Below, in pieces: positions 10,501-20,694 of a stretch of 64,000 nt of DNA. The notes below the pieces were generated by a model. That model did no database searches. It saw only the letters and a list, made by a program, of their open reading frames with translations, and was not told the DNA's origin. The stretch covers positions 244,773-308,772 of the forward strand of contig JBEPZY010000003.1 of NCBI GenBank assembly GCA_041640595.1, given 5' to 3'. This stretch comes from Gemmatales bacterium. Its GTDB lineage: Bacteria > Planctomycetota > Planctomycetia > Gemmatales > HRBIN36. The stretch's first letter is position 1. Every line of letters begins with the position of its first letter. Made by a program: the position numbers and the translations under genes.

Positions 10501-10565
10501 GCAAATATCCCACCTATCAGCCACGCGATACCGACGAATGTGAGCGGTCGCATGATTGTCCTCAC
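7539..10565 (-). CDS. Large secreted alpha-helical/TPR-like hypothetical protein
   Basis: Signal peptide ending ALA-QEP; helical repeats such as IVERWPKEPEADTARFRLGFIYF; 1008 aa. Confidence 0.7.
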   Translation of the reverse strand: MRTIMRPLTFVGIAWLIGGIFALAQEPAATPPYLDFIRGLRQRGFYDLADEYSAQLRQRKDVPEDVRDWLYMEEASAKRQQAAQATQDSERRRLLDEARNMYQAFVNDKAKSKSPALGEAYRQLATLLADEGHGKVSEITYTADKSAQVELAKHAVQIFDQADKMFTQAEGMLKTQLGTARNRTEMYLQTLLEHGRALLAKSILQQRYLKQEADAGKTRQQAAELFKTMFDFRKEHALGWVGWAWYGVSQSGLNETEQQNAFKLIESVKEPLAFEAKRLVGYFRIRGRYAPGLPAKERLALQNDIRTWLNSFASPKSPDFKTVYSSREAQHLRLILAMTIRDELQEMKPPVRQSPTGQKMVDQVLSLLDKDIEGNPEFANVARWVKFNTLRLSGRVTARRIEELTTFEELLLRASLEAEEIQEKLQAIEKASAEEKQKLQQQVQEHFTNLLTAARRAWQRAGAEASVSDRENLLQYLVSGYLQGQGDLYRAAVLLEYAAQEPRFSPATARRAALAAMTLYGELVQRQRDNPAALVADAQRLRRMAELIVERWPKEPEADTARFRLGFIYFANGRHRDALKQWEAVSPNSPFYAAACAEAGELAFRLHATLMTKEGKPLSTPSPDLDKAIKLLRDALAAYDKSKPTPNSPEETRYIQALVFLAEALALINKPDESLKYLQVILPRAIKNELPASLPQGTTGRVITLALRSYVQLKRMDEARKLLQELYRAGKQQELGQGVLPILREMGTQLREQIRLLESQGPAAAKELEQTRRNFKAFLDDLSKDEKLPTEFRFWIVTSYQSIGEHEAAAQVARGLREQAFNLPETSAEEQTRIYGQALYLEVDSMRLQAQTLKKANMPDKATALLLEADKILLEGMKKAKLEKHPQYVALQILLMQEQELYSGPRGAIARWDQLRTALQPHLERGGMIRRVYLDACYNLVYCKYQEAKRLPEPKQRELAMRRTAELLASFWQEPELQPRFRQLLDDPEHKDLLAVWQELQKSRGAAP

Positions 10566-10695
10566 TCGCCCTTGCTCAGGATTGCTTGAAATGCCCGGTT
10601 GGCCGGACGGCTCTGGTAACTTCTGGGAGCAGAAGCCAGCCTTTCTTCCTTAGTATAAGGTTAAAGCAAGGCTCGCCAAAGTGGAGGGAAGACGC

Positions 10696-12018
10696 GTGAA
10701 GGTCTTAGTCGTCGGCAAGGGTGGTCGAGAACACGCCCTGTGCTGGAAGCTGCGACAATCGCCGCGAGTGCAGGCCGTTTACTGCGCCCCGGGCAACGCG
10801 GGCACAGCTCAGGATGCCATCAACATAGACATCGAACCCACCGACATCGAACGTCTGGTACGTTTCGCGCAGCAAGAGGGGATCGGCCTGACGGTGGTCG
10901 GCCCGGAAGAACCTCTGGCACTGGGCATTGTGGACGCCTTTGAAAAAGAGGGACTGCGCATCTTCGGCCCGACCAAGGCAGCTGCGGAGCTGGAAGCCAG
11001 CAAGGTCTTCGCCAAAGAGCTGATGCGGCAGTTCGACATTCCCACTGCCGATTTTCGCATTTTTGACCATCCTGACGCAGCCCGAAAGTACATCGAGACG
11101 CGCGACTATCCGGTCGTGGTCAAGGCTGACGGACTGGCCGGGGGCAAAGGGGCTGTCGTATGCAGCACCAGGGAAGAAGCGCTGGCGGCCGTGGATAAGA
11201 TCATGGTGCAGCAAGCCTTTGGTCCGGCCGGAAGGCGCATCGTCATCGAACGCCGGCTCGAAGGTCAAGAGCTGAGCGTCCTGGCTCTGGTCAGCGGTCG
11301 CACTATCGTTATGCTCGAACCCACGCAAGACCATAAAGCCGCCTTTGACGAAGACCGCGGTCCGAACACCGGAGGCATGGGAGCATACTGCCCGGCTCCG
11401 ATCGGCACACCGGAGCTGATGCGGGAAATCGAGCGCACTGTGCTGGTGCCGGCTGTGCATGGCATGCGACGATTGCACCGACCGTTTCGCGGCGTGCTTT
11501 ACGCCGGACTCATGATTACGCCGCAGGGACCGCGGGTTCTGGAATTCAACGTCCGCTTCGGCGATCCCGAGACCCAACCGTTGATGGTACGGCTGAAGAC
11601 CGACCTGTGTGCCTTGCTGGAGGCGGTCGTGGACGGTCAGCTGGAGACCTTCGCCGAGCAAGGCCTGGAATGGGACAGTCGCCCTGCCGTGTGTGTGGTG
11701 CTGGCCTCGGAAGGTTATCCGGGCCCGTATCAGAAAGGGCGAACTATCACCGGGTTAGACCGTGCGGCTCAACTGCCTGACGTCAAAGTTTTCCACAGCG
11801 GTACGAAATTTTCGGACGGGCGCATTGTCACCGACGGCGGACGGGTTTTGTCGGTTACTGCTTTAGGGGAAAACTTGCTGGAGGCTAAACGTCGGGCCTA
11901 CGAGGCGGTGAAGTGCATCGAATTTGCCGGCATGTTTTACCGTCGCGATATTGCTGACCGGGCTATTCGCCGTTTACGTCTCACTCAGCCAGGCAGTGAA
12001 ACCGTGAGCGGATCGTGA
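10696..12018 (+). CDS. purD: Phosphoribosylamine--glycine ligase
   Basis: GGREHAL, APGNAG, VVGPEEPL, KADGLAGGKG, GPNTGGMGAY, EFNVRFGDPETQ. Confidence 0.97.
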   Translation: MKVLVVGKGGREHALCWKLRQSPRVQAVYCAPGNAGTAQDAINIDIEPTDIERLVRFAQQEGIGLTVVGPEEPLALGIVDAFEKEGLRIFGPTKAAAELEASKVFAKELMRQFDIPTADFRIFDHPDAARKYIETRDYPVVVKADGLAGGKGAVVCSTREEALAAVDKIMVQQAFGPAGRRIVIERRLEGQELSVLALVSGRTIVMLEPTQDHKAAFDEDRGPNTGGMGAYCPAPIGTPELMREIERTVLVPAVHGMRRLHRPFRGVLYAGLMITPQGPRVLEFNVRFGDPETQPLMVRLKTDLCALLEAVVDGQLETFAEQGLEWDSRPAVCVVLASEGYPGPYQKGRTITGLDRAAQLPDVKVFHSGTKFSDGRIVTDGGRVLSVTALGENLLEAKRRAYEAVKCIEFAGMFYRRDIADRAIRRLRLTQPGSETVSGS

Positions 12019-12025
12019 AAGTGCT

Positions 12026-12574
12026 ATGATGGCGGTCAATTGCCAGAACGCAGCGGTGCAAAGGTGTGATGAGCCGCGTTTCGTTTGCGACGCCATGCTG
12101 GGCGGTTTGGCCCGCTGGCTGTGTGCCTGGGGATATGATGCGATTTTCCTTCGGGATGTTGCCGACTGGGACCTGATTCGCGTGGCTCAGCAACAAGGAC
12201 GGATTCTGTTGTCCAGTGATCGCGGCATCTTTCAGATTGGCTGGGTGAGGGACGGGGATTTACCGGCACTGTTCATTCCGCCCGGCATCCACCGGCAGCA
12301 ACAGCTCGAACTGGTCTGTCAGCATTTCCGGTTGCCTCGCCGTGAACCTCACTGCATGCGCTGCGGTGGTCAGTTGCACGAAGTTGCCAAACAAGATGTC
12401 TGGGAGCGAATTCCTCCGAAAACTCGCCTCTGGCTCGACCATTTCTATCAGTGCCAGCGCTGTGGTCAGCTATTCTGGGAAGGAACCCACTGGCAGCAGA
12501 TCGAACGCCATCTCGAATCGCTGCACGAGAAACTCGCCACCACTGAGTGCGTCACCAGGTCTTCCCAGCGCTAG
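12026..12574 (+). CDS. Mut7-C RNase (PIN-like) domain protein
   Basis: RFVCDAMLGGLARWL..GYDA, RILLSSD, CMRCGG and CQRCGQLFWEGTHW. Confidence 0.88.
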   Translation: MMAVNCQNAAVQRCDEPRFVCDAMLGGLARWLCAWGYDAIFLRDVADWDLIRVAQQQGRILLSSDRGIFQIGWVRDGDLPALFIPPGIHRQQQLELVCQHFRLPRREPHCMRCGGQLHEVAKQDVWERIPPKTRLWLDHFYQCQRCGQLFWEGTHWQQIERHLESLHEKLATTECVTRSSQR

Positions 12575-12617
12575 CGCCAGTGTCTTGTCGAAAGGCGTTT
12601 ACAGCGAGTCAGTCGGC

Positions 12618-13994
12618 CTACTTATTTTCGCCAGGCTGCCCTTCAGGCTTTTCTTCCGGTTTTTCGTCGGACTTCTTTTCCTGTTGCGGTGGCGGGGTAA
12701 ACAGCAGCCGGTGGTACACCTGCACCTGGGCGCACTGCGGATCGCGATCGCGCAAGCAATGCAGATGGTTACTGGCATCCAGCAAGTACAACCGGTCAGT
12801 AAAGGAATTCGGAATGGCCAGCACATTGCCGTCCAGCCTGACCGCAGCCAGCACTCGACCATCGCGGCGGTTCAGAGCCAGCATCTGGCCCTGTCTGTCC
12901 ATCGCCAACACCATGCGGGGCGATGCACTGAGAAACTTGCGGGCCTCGAGTTGCTGCCACCGGATTTGTCCACTGTCCCGATCCAGACAGAATAACCCCC
13001 GCTGGTTGGTGGCGACGAATACTTCCTGTCCCAGCATTACCGGAGCGCTGTGGGCACTATCGCCAAGCACCCGCTGCCACGCCGGTGCCGGTTTGCCCTG
13101 CTGAAGAAGGAAGGCGTAAACCGCCCGGTCCTGGCAGGGCACGATCAACCAGGATTCCCAACTGGCCACTTTTTCGCCAGGGCGTTGTATCAGGCGAAAT
13201 GCCATGGGGGCACTTGCCCCGGCCGGCAACTGCCATTCTCCCGCAATCTGGTGCTGCAGCGACGAAACCACGCGGAGTTTCCCTTCCCGATTGACAAACA
13301 CCACATCCACGTGGTGAGCACAAACGGGCGGCATGGCGATCCCGGCCGGGTCGTCGAAATCCCATAGCCGTGCTGGTTCCCGCAAAGTCTGTCGGCGAAT
13401 CTCGTAACTGCTTACGCCGCCATCGTACACTGACCTTCCTGCCGGCTTGGTCTGGGCTGCTACTCCGGTCGTACCAGTGGCCAACAGCCGCTCAATGTCG
13501 GGCACAAATAAACACCGCATGCGTGTGGTTCCTTCGCAGACGGTCAGTTGCCAGTCATCGCAAGCCGGTGCGCTTTCCGGCAAATCACGCAGCTCCACGC
13601 GCCACAAAACCACGCCCGATTGCCGTTCCAAACCGATCAGACTCAAATCAGCTGGCACAATCACCAGCCGGGTCGCGGCAATAGCAGGCCGCTGATAAGT
13701 CTGATACGGTTTGCCCACACTGGCTCGCCATTTCACCAGGCCCGTCTGGGCGTCCACCGCGAGCATAACCGCAGATCGCATCTGCACCAGGAGCAAATCG
13801 CTGTCGAGTAACTGGGCTGCCAGCACGCTGTCTCGCGGATCCGGTCGAGACAGGGGCAACGACCAGACTGGCTGCAAGCCGAGTCGGGCAGCCCATGCGG
13901 TTACGTCCTGCCGCGGTGTCTGCCCTGCGCTCAGCGCCACCAGACTCCACGCCACGCACACAAAACACGCCGTACGCCAAACTTTTCCCCGCAT
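12618..13994 (-). CDS. PQQ-like beta-propeller repeat protein (BamB-like), secreted
   Basis: Signal peptide; repeated AVDAQTGLVKWR / CLDRDSGQIRWQ / ALNRRDGRV motifs. Confidence 0.75.
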   Translation of the reverse strand: MRGKVWRTACFVCVAWSLVALSAGQTPRQDVTAWAARLGLQPVWSLPLSRPDPRDSVLAAQLLDSDLLLVQMRSAVMLAVDAQTGLVKWRASVGKPYQTYQRPAIAATRLVIVPADLSLIGLERQSGVVLWRVELRDLPESAPACDDWQLTVCEGTTRMRCLFVPDIERLLATGTTGVAAQTKPAGRSVYDGGVSSYEIRRQTLREPARLWDFDDPAGIAMPPVCAHHVDVVFVNREGKLRVVSSLQHQIAGEWQLPAGASAPMAFRLIQRPGEKVASWESWLIVPCQDRAVYAFLLQQGKPAPAWQRVLGDSAHSAPVMLGQEVFVATNQRGLFCLDRDSGQIRWQQLEARKFLSASPRMVLAMDRQGQMLALNRRDGRVLAAVRLDGNVLAIPNSFTDRLYLLDASNHLHCLRDRDPQCAQVQVYHRLLFTPPPQQEKKSDEKPEEKPEGQPGENK

Positions 13995-14145
13995 GGTTTT
14001 GTCCCTTTCTGGCTGCCTGCGCTGACGATAGCGGCTGGTTCCTCAAGGCCGACTTCTCAGTATCCGCATCTATCCAGAAATTCGCCAGTGGCTGCATGCG
14101 ACCGCTTGTCCGGATAGGAGCCCCGACCAATCGGCCGCTGCTATG

Positions 14146-14706
14146 CTAGGATAGCTTCTGCTCCGGCTCGGTGCGTGAGGATCGGCGACGTTGTCGGAAA
14201 AAGTCGCGGAGCAATTCTTGACATTCCGCTTCCCGCACCCCGCCGACTACCATGGCGCGATGATTGAGCCGCGGGTCTTGCGGGATGGAATAGAGCGACT
14301 GGCAAGCGCCGGCCTTGCTATCGAAGGCTCCGAAGACCACCAGCGGCAATCGCGCCTGCACGATGGCTCCCGCACACATCGGGCAAGGTTCCAGCGTTAC
14401 ATACAGCGCACACCCTTCTAAGCGCCAGCTCTGCAAGGCCGAGGCTGCCTGCGTGATGGCCAGCATCTCGGCGTGCGCGGTTGGGTCCTGCAATTGTTCC
14501 CGTTGATTGTGAGCCCGGGCAATTACTCCCTTTTCCCAGGATACGATAACTGCCCCGACCGGTACCTCATCTTCCGCATAAGCCGCTCGCGCTTCCTCGA
14601 GCGCAATCTCCATTAGCAGCGCATGCAACGGGTGCCTGGCATCGCTGAGTGTTTTCAAGTCGGGTATCTGGTCTATCAGCGGAAACATAATGCTTAGCTC
14701 TTGCAC
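14146..14706 (-). CDS. tadA: tRNA adenosine(34) deaminase
   Basis: [32 protein letters not shown]; start uncertain. Confidence 0.93.
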   Translation of the reverse strand: MQELSIMFPLIDQIPDLKTLSDARHPLHALLMEIALEEARAAYAEDEVPVGAVIVSWEKGVIARAHNQREQLQDPTAHAEMLAITQAASALQSWRLEGCALYVTLEPCPMCAGAIVQARLPLVVFGAFDSKAGACQSLYSIPQDPRLNHRAMVVGGVREAECQELLRDFFRQRRRSSRTEPEQKLS

Positions 14707-14857
14707 GTGCTACTTAGACCTTTTCAAGATATGCACGGTGCCATTGGCCGCACACGGTTCATCTGAAGTATAGGCCTTGCTTTTTGTATAGTACAGGCCG
14801 GCCCTGTCGCCGAATTATTTTCCGCGGTGTCGCTTCTAATGGTTGCCAGCGCCTCCG

Positions 14858-16441
14858 TCATTGTAACTGAATGCGCGGGAAAAGCGGTGCCAGTTTTCCA
14901 TCCGCTCCCGGACGCACCAGGACACGTAAATCTTCTGTAGGTCGCGGATAAACGTAACAATCTTCGCAACGGACTTCCTGCCAGTCGCGGCCAAAATTGA
15001 AGCTGCGATAAATGCGTTCCGCTGTTCGGGGCAGGAACGGTTTGAGCAAGATCGCCACCACGCGCAGCGATTCCACCAGATCAAAAAGAACCCGACGTGC
15101 CGCCTCAACATCTTCCTTGACCAGTTTCCAGGGCTCCTTACGATCGGCATAACGGTTGGCCGGGTCTAATATATAGTGCCAGATGCGCTGCAACGCGAGT
15201 TGATACTCGCAGCGCTCGATATGCTCCTGCACTTGCTGTACCGTAGCTTCTAAGTCTTGTTCGGCGTAAATCTCACCTGGCTCCCATTCCCGCGAACCCG
15301 CCAGGTGTCCTTCGAAATGCCGCAAAATCAACGTGATTACGCGTGCATAGAGGTTGCCGAGATTATTAGCTAAATCCGCATTATAGACTTCCGCAAAACG
15401 CGACCAGCTAAATTCACCATCGCCAGGAAATGGACACTCGCGCAGGAAGTAGTATCGAAAAGCCTCGCTGCTGAACTTAGTGATAATTTCCATTGGCTCG
15501 ACAACATTACCCAGGCTCTTACTGATTTTCTCGACGGCTCCGGTTTGCTCGTTCTTGATATAAACCCAGCCGTGGGCGAAAACCTGTCGTGGTAACGGTA
15601 GGCCGGCGGCTAAAAGCATGGCGGGCCATAAAGCGCAGTGGAAGCGAGTAATGTCCTTGCCGATGAAATGGATATCGGCTGGCCACCAGGTGCGAAATCG
15701 CTCTTCGTCCCAACCATAACCGATCGCTGTTATATAGTTGAGCAGGGCGTCAAACCATACGTAAATGGTGAAGCGATTATCAAAGGGTACCCGAATTCCC
15801 CATTCCTGGCCAATGCGGGTAATGTTAACATCCTGCAGACCGCTACGTACTAAACTCACGACCTCATTACGTCTTGATTCCGGCTGAATAAATTCAGGAT
15901 GCGCTTCGTAATAATCCAGTAATGCCGATTGAAAGCGGGATAAAGCGAAATAGTAGCACGGTTCGCTCCGTTCCACCGGAGGGACACGGTGAATGGGACA
16001 AACGCCCCCAGCCTCTTTGATTTCCGTCTCCGTTTTGAAGGACTCGCATCCTTCGCAATACCAGCCGCGATAACTTCCGGAGTAAATGTAACCGCGGTCG
16101 TAAACCAGTTGCATAAACTTCTGGCATCCCGCATGGTGGCGCGGATCGCTGGTCTGGATAAAGTAGTCGTAACTGATGTCGAGAGCCCGCCAGACCTCCT
16201 GAAACTGTTGCGCCATTTCGTCGCAATAGCGTTTGGTATCCAGACCGAGTTCGGCAGCCCGACGGGCGACCTTGATGGTGTTTTCGTCGTTGCCCATCAG
16301 GAAGAAAACATCGTAGCCTTCCATGCGGCGATAGCGGGCCTGAACATCCGCACCGATTTTTTCAAAAGCGGTGCCGATATGGGGCCGGCTGTTCGGATAA
16401 TCAATTGCCGTCGTCAGGTAGAAGCGGTTCCGAGCATTCAT
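14858..16441 (-). CDS. metG: Methionine--tRNA ligase (short form)
   Basis: FYLTTAIDYPN, PHIG, CEGC/CPIH zinc knuckle, YVWFDALLNY, IGKDI, KISKS, ADLANNLGNL. Confidence 0.93.
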   Translation of the reverse strand: MNARNRFYLTTAIDYPNSRPHIGTAFEKIGADVQARYRRMEGYDVFFLMGNDENTIKVARRAAELGLDTKRYCDEMAQQFQEVWRALDISYDYFIQTSDPRHHAGCQKFMQLVYDRGYIYSGSYRGWYCEGCESFKTETEIKEAGGVCPIHRVPPVERSEPCYYFALSRFQSALLDYYEAHPEFIQPESRRNEVVSLVRSGLQDVNITRIGQEWGIRVPFDNRFTIYVWFDALLNYITAIGYGWDEERFRTWWPADIHFIGKDITRFHCALWPAMLLAAGLPLPRQVFAHGWVYIKNEQTGAVEKISKSLGNVVEPMEIITKFSSEAFRYYFLRECPFPGDGEFSWSRFAEVYNADLANNLGNLYARVITLILRHFEGHLAGSREWEPGEIYAEQDLEATVQQVQEHIERCEYQLALQRIWHYILDPANRYADRKEPWKLVKEDVEAARRVLFDLVESLRVVAILLKPFLPRTAERIYRSFNFGRDWQEVRCEDCYVYPRPTEDLRVLVRPGADGKLAPLFPRIQLQ

Positions 16442-16531
16442 AGACTTCCTCTAAATCAGGTGGCCTGGAGAAATGGATTCCGTTCTTAGCTAAGCTATCC
16501 ACAATTCCATCAGCAGGCGAGGGATGGATGC

Positions 16532-16990
16532 ATGATTCAGGCAAGCGGTGAGCAGCAGCTTCCGACCAGCGCTGAGATTGTACGGGAACGGTTGAGGCAA
16601 ATGCACTGGTTGGTTTCGCAGATGCCGAATCTCGCTCGCGTGGAACTGGTGGCGGAAGAGCGGGCTCGCTTTGTGGTACGGCCAGGATTTTCCTTCTTGC
16701 GCGGCGAAATGACCGTGCAGTTGGAGCGGCTCGCTGAACCGGATGGTTTGGCTTGGAGAATGGAAGTGCGAGGCATCGGTTCCTCAGCCAAAGCCACGGT
16801 GCGGTGCAGCATCGTAAAGACCGGCCCGGACTCCTGCCGTCTGGAGTACCAGGTTGTCATCGAAGAGCTTGGCGGTTTATTGCGAACCCTGCACCGTTCC
16901 TTATTGCAAGCTGCCGTCGAAAAAACCGTGCAGGATTTCCTTGCTAATTTGCAGCGCAGTTTCGCTCCTTCCGCCGACTCAGGCAATTAG
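16532..16990 (+). CDS. SRPBCC/CoxG-like protein
   Basis: About 150 aa; N-terminal SGEQQLP..VRERL..MPNL, C-terminal helix ending VQDFLANL. Confidence 0.7.
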   Translation: MIQASGEQQLPTSAEIVRERLRQMHWLVSQMPNLARVELVAEERARFVVRPGFSFLRGEMTVQLERLAEPDGLAWRMEVRGIGSSAKATVRCSIVKTGPDSCRLEYQVVIEELGGLLRTLHRSLLQAAVEKTVQDFLANLQRSFAPSADSGN

Positions 16991-17438
16991 GGGCGTCTAT
17001 GTGCTGGAAAGCGCAGACCCGACGGTCCGGCCGCGACTCAGACAATTATCGAAGCGAAAACAGATGTTAGGGGCGCCGCAAGACTGTCGGCAACGGCTTT
17101 CTATTGGCACTGGTGAGTGCCAGGCGAATCGAAGCGTGGACTGATCCAATTTCCTGTAAAGTACGCGGCTTTTACGTGGATAGAGCGAACGGAATGGATG
17201 CAAGCCGCAGGGGCACGCTCACACAAGGAAGCAATGTGCCCAGCCTCCTGCCACCGCGACAACATCTATCGTCGCGCCAACGCCTGGAACCTGGCACCGT
17301 CGCGGCGAGACCGATAGGTCGCATCAACACCTCGCCCGGGCGCCGGGTTGCTGGGCACTGCTACACGGACGAACAGGGGGAATGAACGGTTTGGGGGAGT
17401 GAGTTCGCAACAGTTGACCGTCGAAACTCGACGATGTG

Positions 17439-19415
17439 CTAATCCCAGCGGAGGGAGAAAAAGCGAGCGAGTTTCTTCCAGCCCAAAAGCTTGAATAGTC
17501 GGGCATACTCTCGTGCCAGCCAGCGAATCGCACTGCGACCGGGTTCGCCGCAACATGCGACAATCGCCCCGAGGATGGTGCCGAAGATGTACCACACGGC
17601 CACGCTGATTAGCGGGAATTGAGCGAGGAACGGAGAGGCCCGGTTGAGCAGTTGGGACAGGACGGGTTCGGTATGGCGAAGCAAAGCAGCGACGACGAAA
17701 CCGAGAATCACTCCCAGCAGTCCTCCGCCGATCAAGCCCAGGAAAGCCGCCTCGAACGCCCGTTCCCGCCGCCAGAATTTCCAGGCCGACCAGCAACCGA
17801 TCAGCAGTCCGACAGTGGCAGCCTGACACCAGCTATAAACCCGCAACCAGGGAGCGGTGGCTTGAACCAGGAGCGAGCCGAATTGTTGCGGTCGGAAAAG
17901 CAGATCGGGCCACGAGACCAGTAATCGCAGTCCGGAAGCGGCCAGGGCGCCGACCAGACTGCCCAGGAACATCCAGAGTGCTGCAGGCAACGAGGCTTCC
18001 GCATACTCGACGCGGACAGGCAGGGTTAATCGCTGGCCACCGTTTCCTTCGATTTGCACCTGCGTTTCATACCGTCCAGGTCCGGGCAACGCCGCCGGCA
18101 ACACCGTCAAAGAAAAGTAGGCCCGTTGTGGCCCGTAAATCATGGTCGGTTCTGCTTCCAGCCAGGGTTCGGTCGAGGTGATTTTGGCATAGACCCATTT
18201 GGGGTCCGGGGAGCGGAACAGCACATCAAAGCGTCGCGGTTCTTCGGACTGGAGTGTGCATTCAATTTTGACCGGCTCAATTTCGAGGCGAGGCGGTTTG
18301 TTGACGCCGAGTGCTTCGTAGAACTGCTGAACTGCGGCAATGCCGGGAGCGGTGTCGCCAATGACCGGCCAAACCCAGTGATTGGTTTCGAACCATTGCC
18401 GGATCGCTCCCTCACGCAACAAACGTGCTGCTTCCCGGGCGTGTAACCGCATCTGGGCGGCCAGATATTTCGGCTCGGTGATGCCGCGGAATGGCTCGTC
18501 CGGAAAGGGGACCGGGCTGACCTCGATCTCCACCGGCACTTCCACCGTGCCACCGTTGGTTTCGAGGATCAGGGTCGCATGGAAAACTTGTCCGGCCGGC
18601 AAATCTTCGGTGCTGGCAACGATCCGCACTTCCTGCGTCGTCCATGTCGAAATGGTGTAGGACTGTTCGTAGGGCTGAGCGGATGGAATCAGCTCGGCCA
18701 GCGGTACATCGTCGTCAAGAACTTCAACCGCCGGTGCATCGTTCGGGTCTTGATGACCTGTGCCGGTTTGGGAACCGCTTGTCGCAGAAGGATGGGCGAA
18801 GTTTGCCGCGTTCGTTGGGCCATTCGGAGCTGGCGCAGCCACCGACGCGGCTCCGTAGGCCAGGGGAGTTTCCGACGAAACGAGTAGATTCTCACCCGAC
18901 TGGATCGTCAACCAGGAAACACCTTCCAGCCGGATGCGACCGCGTAACAAGCCTTTACCTTTGTTGGAGATGCGGAGAACAAGAGTGCGTTTATCGCCAG
19001 CCAGCACGCGTCCAAATTGCAGCTTACGGGGCGAGTAATCCAGTACGGGGCGGACTGGTTCCTTGGTGGGAAGTCGGGTGAGCAAGTAGTCCAGGGCTTC
19101 GTCGGCGTCGAGATGGCGTTCGACAGCCTGCCAGACGACCTGAGCCACGTCCGCGCGGCCGATGGAAGAAAAAAACTGCTGGAAGGCGCCACGCCGCAAT
19201 AACTCCCGGGCAGCCGGCCAATCGCCCATGCAGGCATCCACCAGTTCGTCGAACGTGCGACACCGCTGCCCAGACGGAAAAACGAATTCTTTGCCCAGCT
19301 GCCAGGGATCTGCCTGGCCGGGCATCACCAGTCGCAAGTCCTGCCCGTCGAAATAGCAGTAAGCTGCCTCCTCAGGACAGGCGCGACGGCAGCGCGGACA
19401 AAAACGCACACTCAT
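17439..19415 (-). CDS. Hypothetical membrane protein with N-terminal zinc ribbon and two helical+Ig-like (BACON-like) modules
   Basis: CPRC..CYFDG; twice-repeated pattern ending ETNGGTVEVPVEIE / EGNGGQRLTLPVRVE; C-terminal hydrophobic helices. Confidence 0.6.
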   Translation of the reverse strand: MSVRFCPRCRRACPEEAAYCYFDGQDLRLVMPGQADPWQLGKEFVFPSGQRCRTFDELVDACMGDWPAARELLRRGAFQQFFSSIGRADVAQVVWQAVERHLDADEALDYLLTRLPTKEPVRPVLDYSPRKLQFGRVLAGDKRTLVLRISNKGKGLLRGRIRLEGVSWLTIQSGENLLVSSETPLAYGAASVAAPAPNGPTNAANFAHPSATSGSQTGTGHQDPNDAPAVEVLDDDVPLAELIPSAQPYEQSYTISTWTTQEVRIVASTEDLPAGQVFHATLILETNGGTVEVPVEIEVSPVPFPDEPFRGITEPKYLAAQMRLHAREAARLLREGAIRQWFETNHWVWPVIGDTAPGIAAVQQFYEALGVNKPPRLEIEPVKIECTLQSEEPRRFDVLFRSPDPKWVYAKITSTEPWLEAEPTMIYGPQRAYFSLTVLPAALPGPGRYETQVQIEGNGGQRLTLPVRVEYAEASLPAALWMFLGSLVGALAASGLRLLVSWPDLLFRPQQFGSLLVQATAPWLRVYSWCQAATVGLLIGCWSAWKFWRRERAFEAAFLGLIGGGLLGVILGFVVAALLRHTEPVLSQLLNRASPFLAQFPLISVAVWYIFGTILGAIVACCGEPGRSAIRWLAREYARLFKLLGWKKLARFFSLRWD

Positions 19416-19617
19416 GGTTGCTCGCTTGCGGAGTCGGCTAAGGCAAACCCGACTGTCGCGGCAGGTCCTCCCGTGTTACTGCCTGTCGTTGGCCTGATTG
19501 GCGCCATGTAAAGAATCCCGCATGCGAATACTTTGTTCCAAAGCACTCACGCACCCAGCACAGGCGAATGTTTCCGTCCTCGGCAGGTGCTTTCTGGAGT
19601 CCTGGCTCCGATCCCGC

Positions 19618-20607
19618 TTATTTGCCAGGTTTGTCGGGGAGTAAAATCGCTTCCGGGATTGTCGGTGGCGTGGCAGGAGAAGCGGCACGGTTCTGTTCTG
19701 CGCGTGCCGGCACAGCTTGGCTTCGTTGTTGGAAAAGGAGCAGCACATCTCCGAGCTGGATGCGATGGCCGTCGAGTAGCTCGCATTCCCCGGCGACGGG
19801 ACGACCGTTGACCAGCGTATATTGCGGAGCACCGCCTGTGTTGACCAGAAAGTAACGTCCATCGCGGACGACGATGCGAGCATGCCATTTTTCAACTTTC
19901 ATATCCCGCAGCAGCAATATGTCGGCCCGTTCGTCGCGCCCCAGGGTAGTTTCGCGTTTGAGGATGGAAAATTCGCGGCCCTCACGCCAGCCCCGCAAGA
20001 TTTTCACCGACGCCGGCTTCAGAGCTTCCTCCACACTGGCAATCAACGAACCGATGCTGGCCCCCAGAATCACCAGGGCACTCGCTTGCCCCCAGACATA
20101 AGTCCATTCCTGACGCTGACTGCCGATGAGCAGCGCCGCGAAGACCGCTCCGCCGAAAAAACCGCCCAGACTACCGCCGACGGCTCCATAACTGGTTTTC
20201 AATAGCGATCGGGCAACCCAGCCTTCGGCCAGGCCAATGGTCAATCCAAACACCATCCAGCCCAACCCGCGGGCCAGTACGCCGATCACCAATGGACTCA
20301 ACCACGCTCCCATCTGGAGAGCGTAATTGATAAGCTCGCCCAGAACCAATCCCAGCGCCCCACCGAGAGCACCCAGCAAACACCCCTGCGTTCCGGTGCG
20401 CAAAAACCGCATCGCCGAGCCGTCCACCAGATATTCCCATCCCACAACGACGTAACCGATAATCCCACCGATAATGGCTCCCGCAGCCAGCATCCCCGCC
20501 AACCAGGGCCAGCTTGGTTCCACCAGAAAGCCAAACACCAGCCAGCCCACTAATCCCGCCGCGCCACCAACGATGGCGTTGTAATATATCCTCCAGAAGC
20601 GATGCAT
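19618..20607 (-). CDS. Multi-pass membrane protein with C-terminal FHA domain
   Basis: Gly-rich TM repeats followed by TLGRD..DILL..HARI..TLVNG..LLDGHRIQLG. Confidence 0.85.
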   Translation of the reverse strand: MHRFWRIYYNAIVGGAAGLVGWLVFGFLVEPSWPWLAGMLAAGAIIGGIIGYVVVGWEYLVDGSAMRFLRTGTQGCLLGALGGALGLVLGELINYALQMGAWLSPLVIGVLARGLGWMVFGLTIGLAEGWVARSLLKTSYGAVGGSLGGFFGGAVFAALLIGSQRQEWTYVWGQASALVILGASIGSLIASVEEALKPASVKILRGWREGREFSILKRETTLGRDERADILLLRDMKVEKWHARIVVRDGRYFLVNTGGAPQYTLVNGRPVAGECELLDGHRIQLGDVLLLFQQRSQAVPARAEQNRAASPATPPTIPEAILLPDKPGK

Positions 20608-20694
20608 GCTCCGCTCCTTATTGCTCGACGATGCGGAACAACCAGATGCTGGCCGCAAGGCCGTCCCATCCCGTCCACACTACCGAACCATTTT

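Noticed and set aside
16976..17145. Possible additional scar (TTAGGGGCG and ATCGAAGCG each recur 80 bp apart; GACTCAG.CAATTA about 60 bp apart)
   Set aside because: Matches are too short and degenerate to distinguish from chance by eye.
19430..19500. c-di-GMP-I riboswitch suggested by GGCAAACC
   Set aside because: The remaining GNRA loop, GGGACGCAAAG-like segment and P2 stem are not present, and the orientation does not fit the neighbouring gene.
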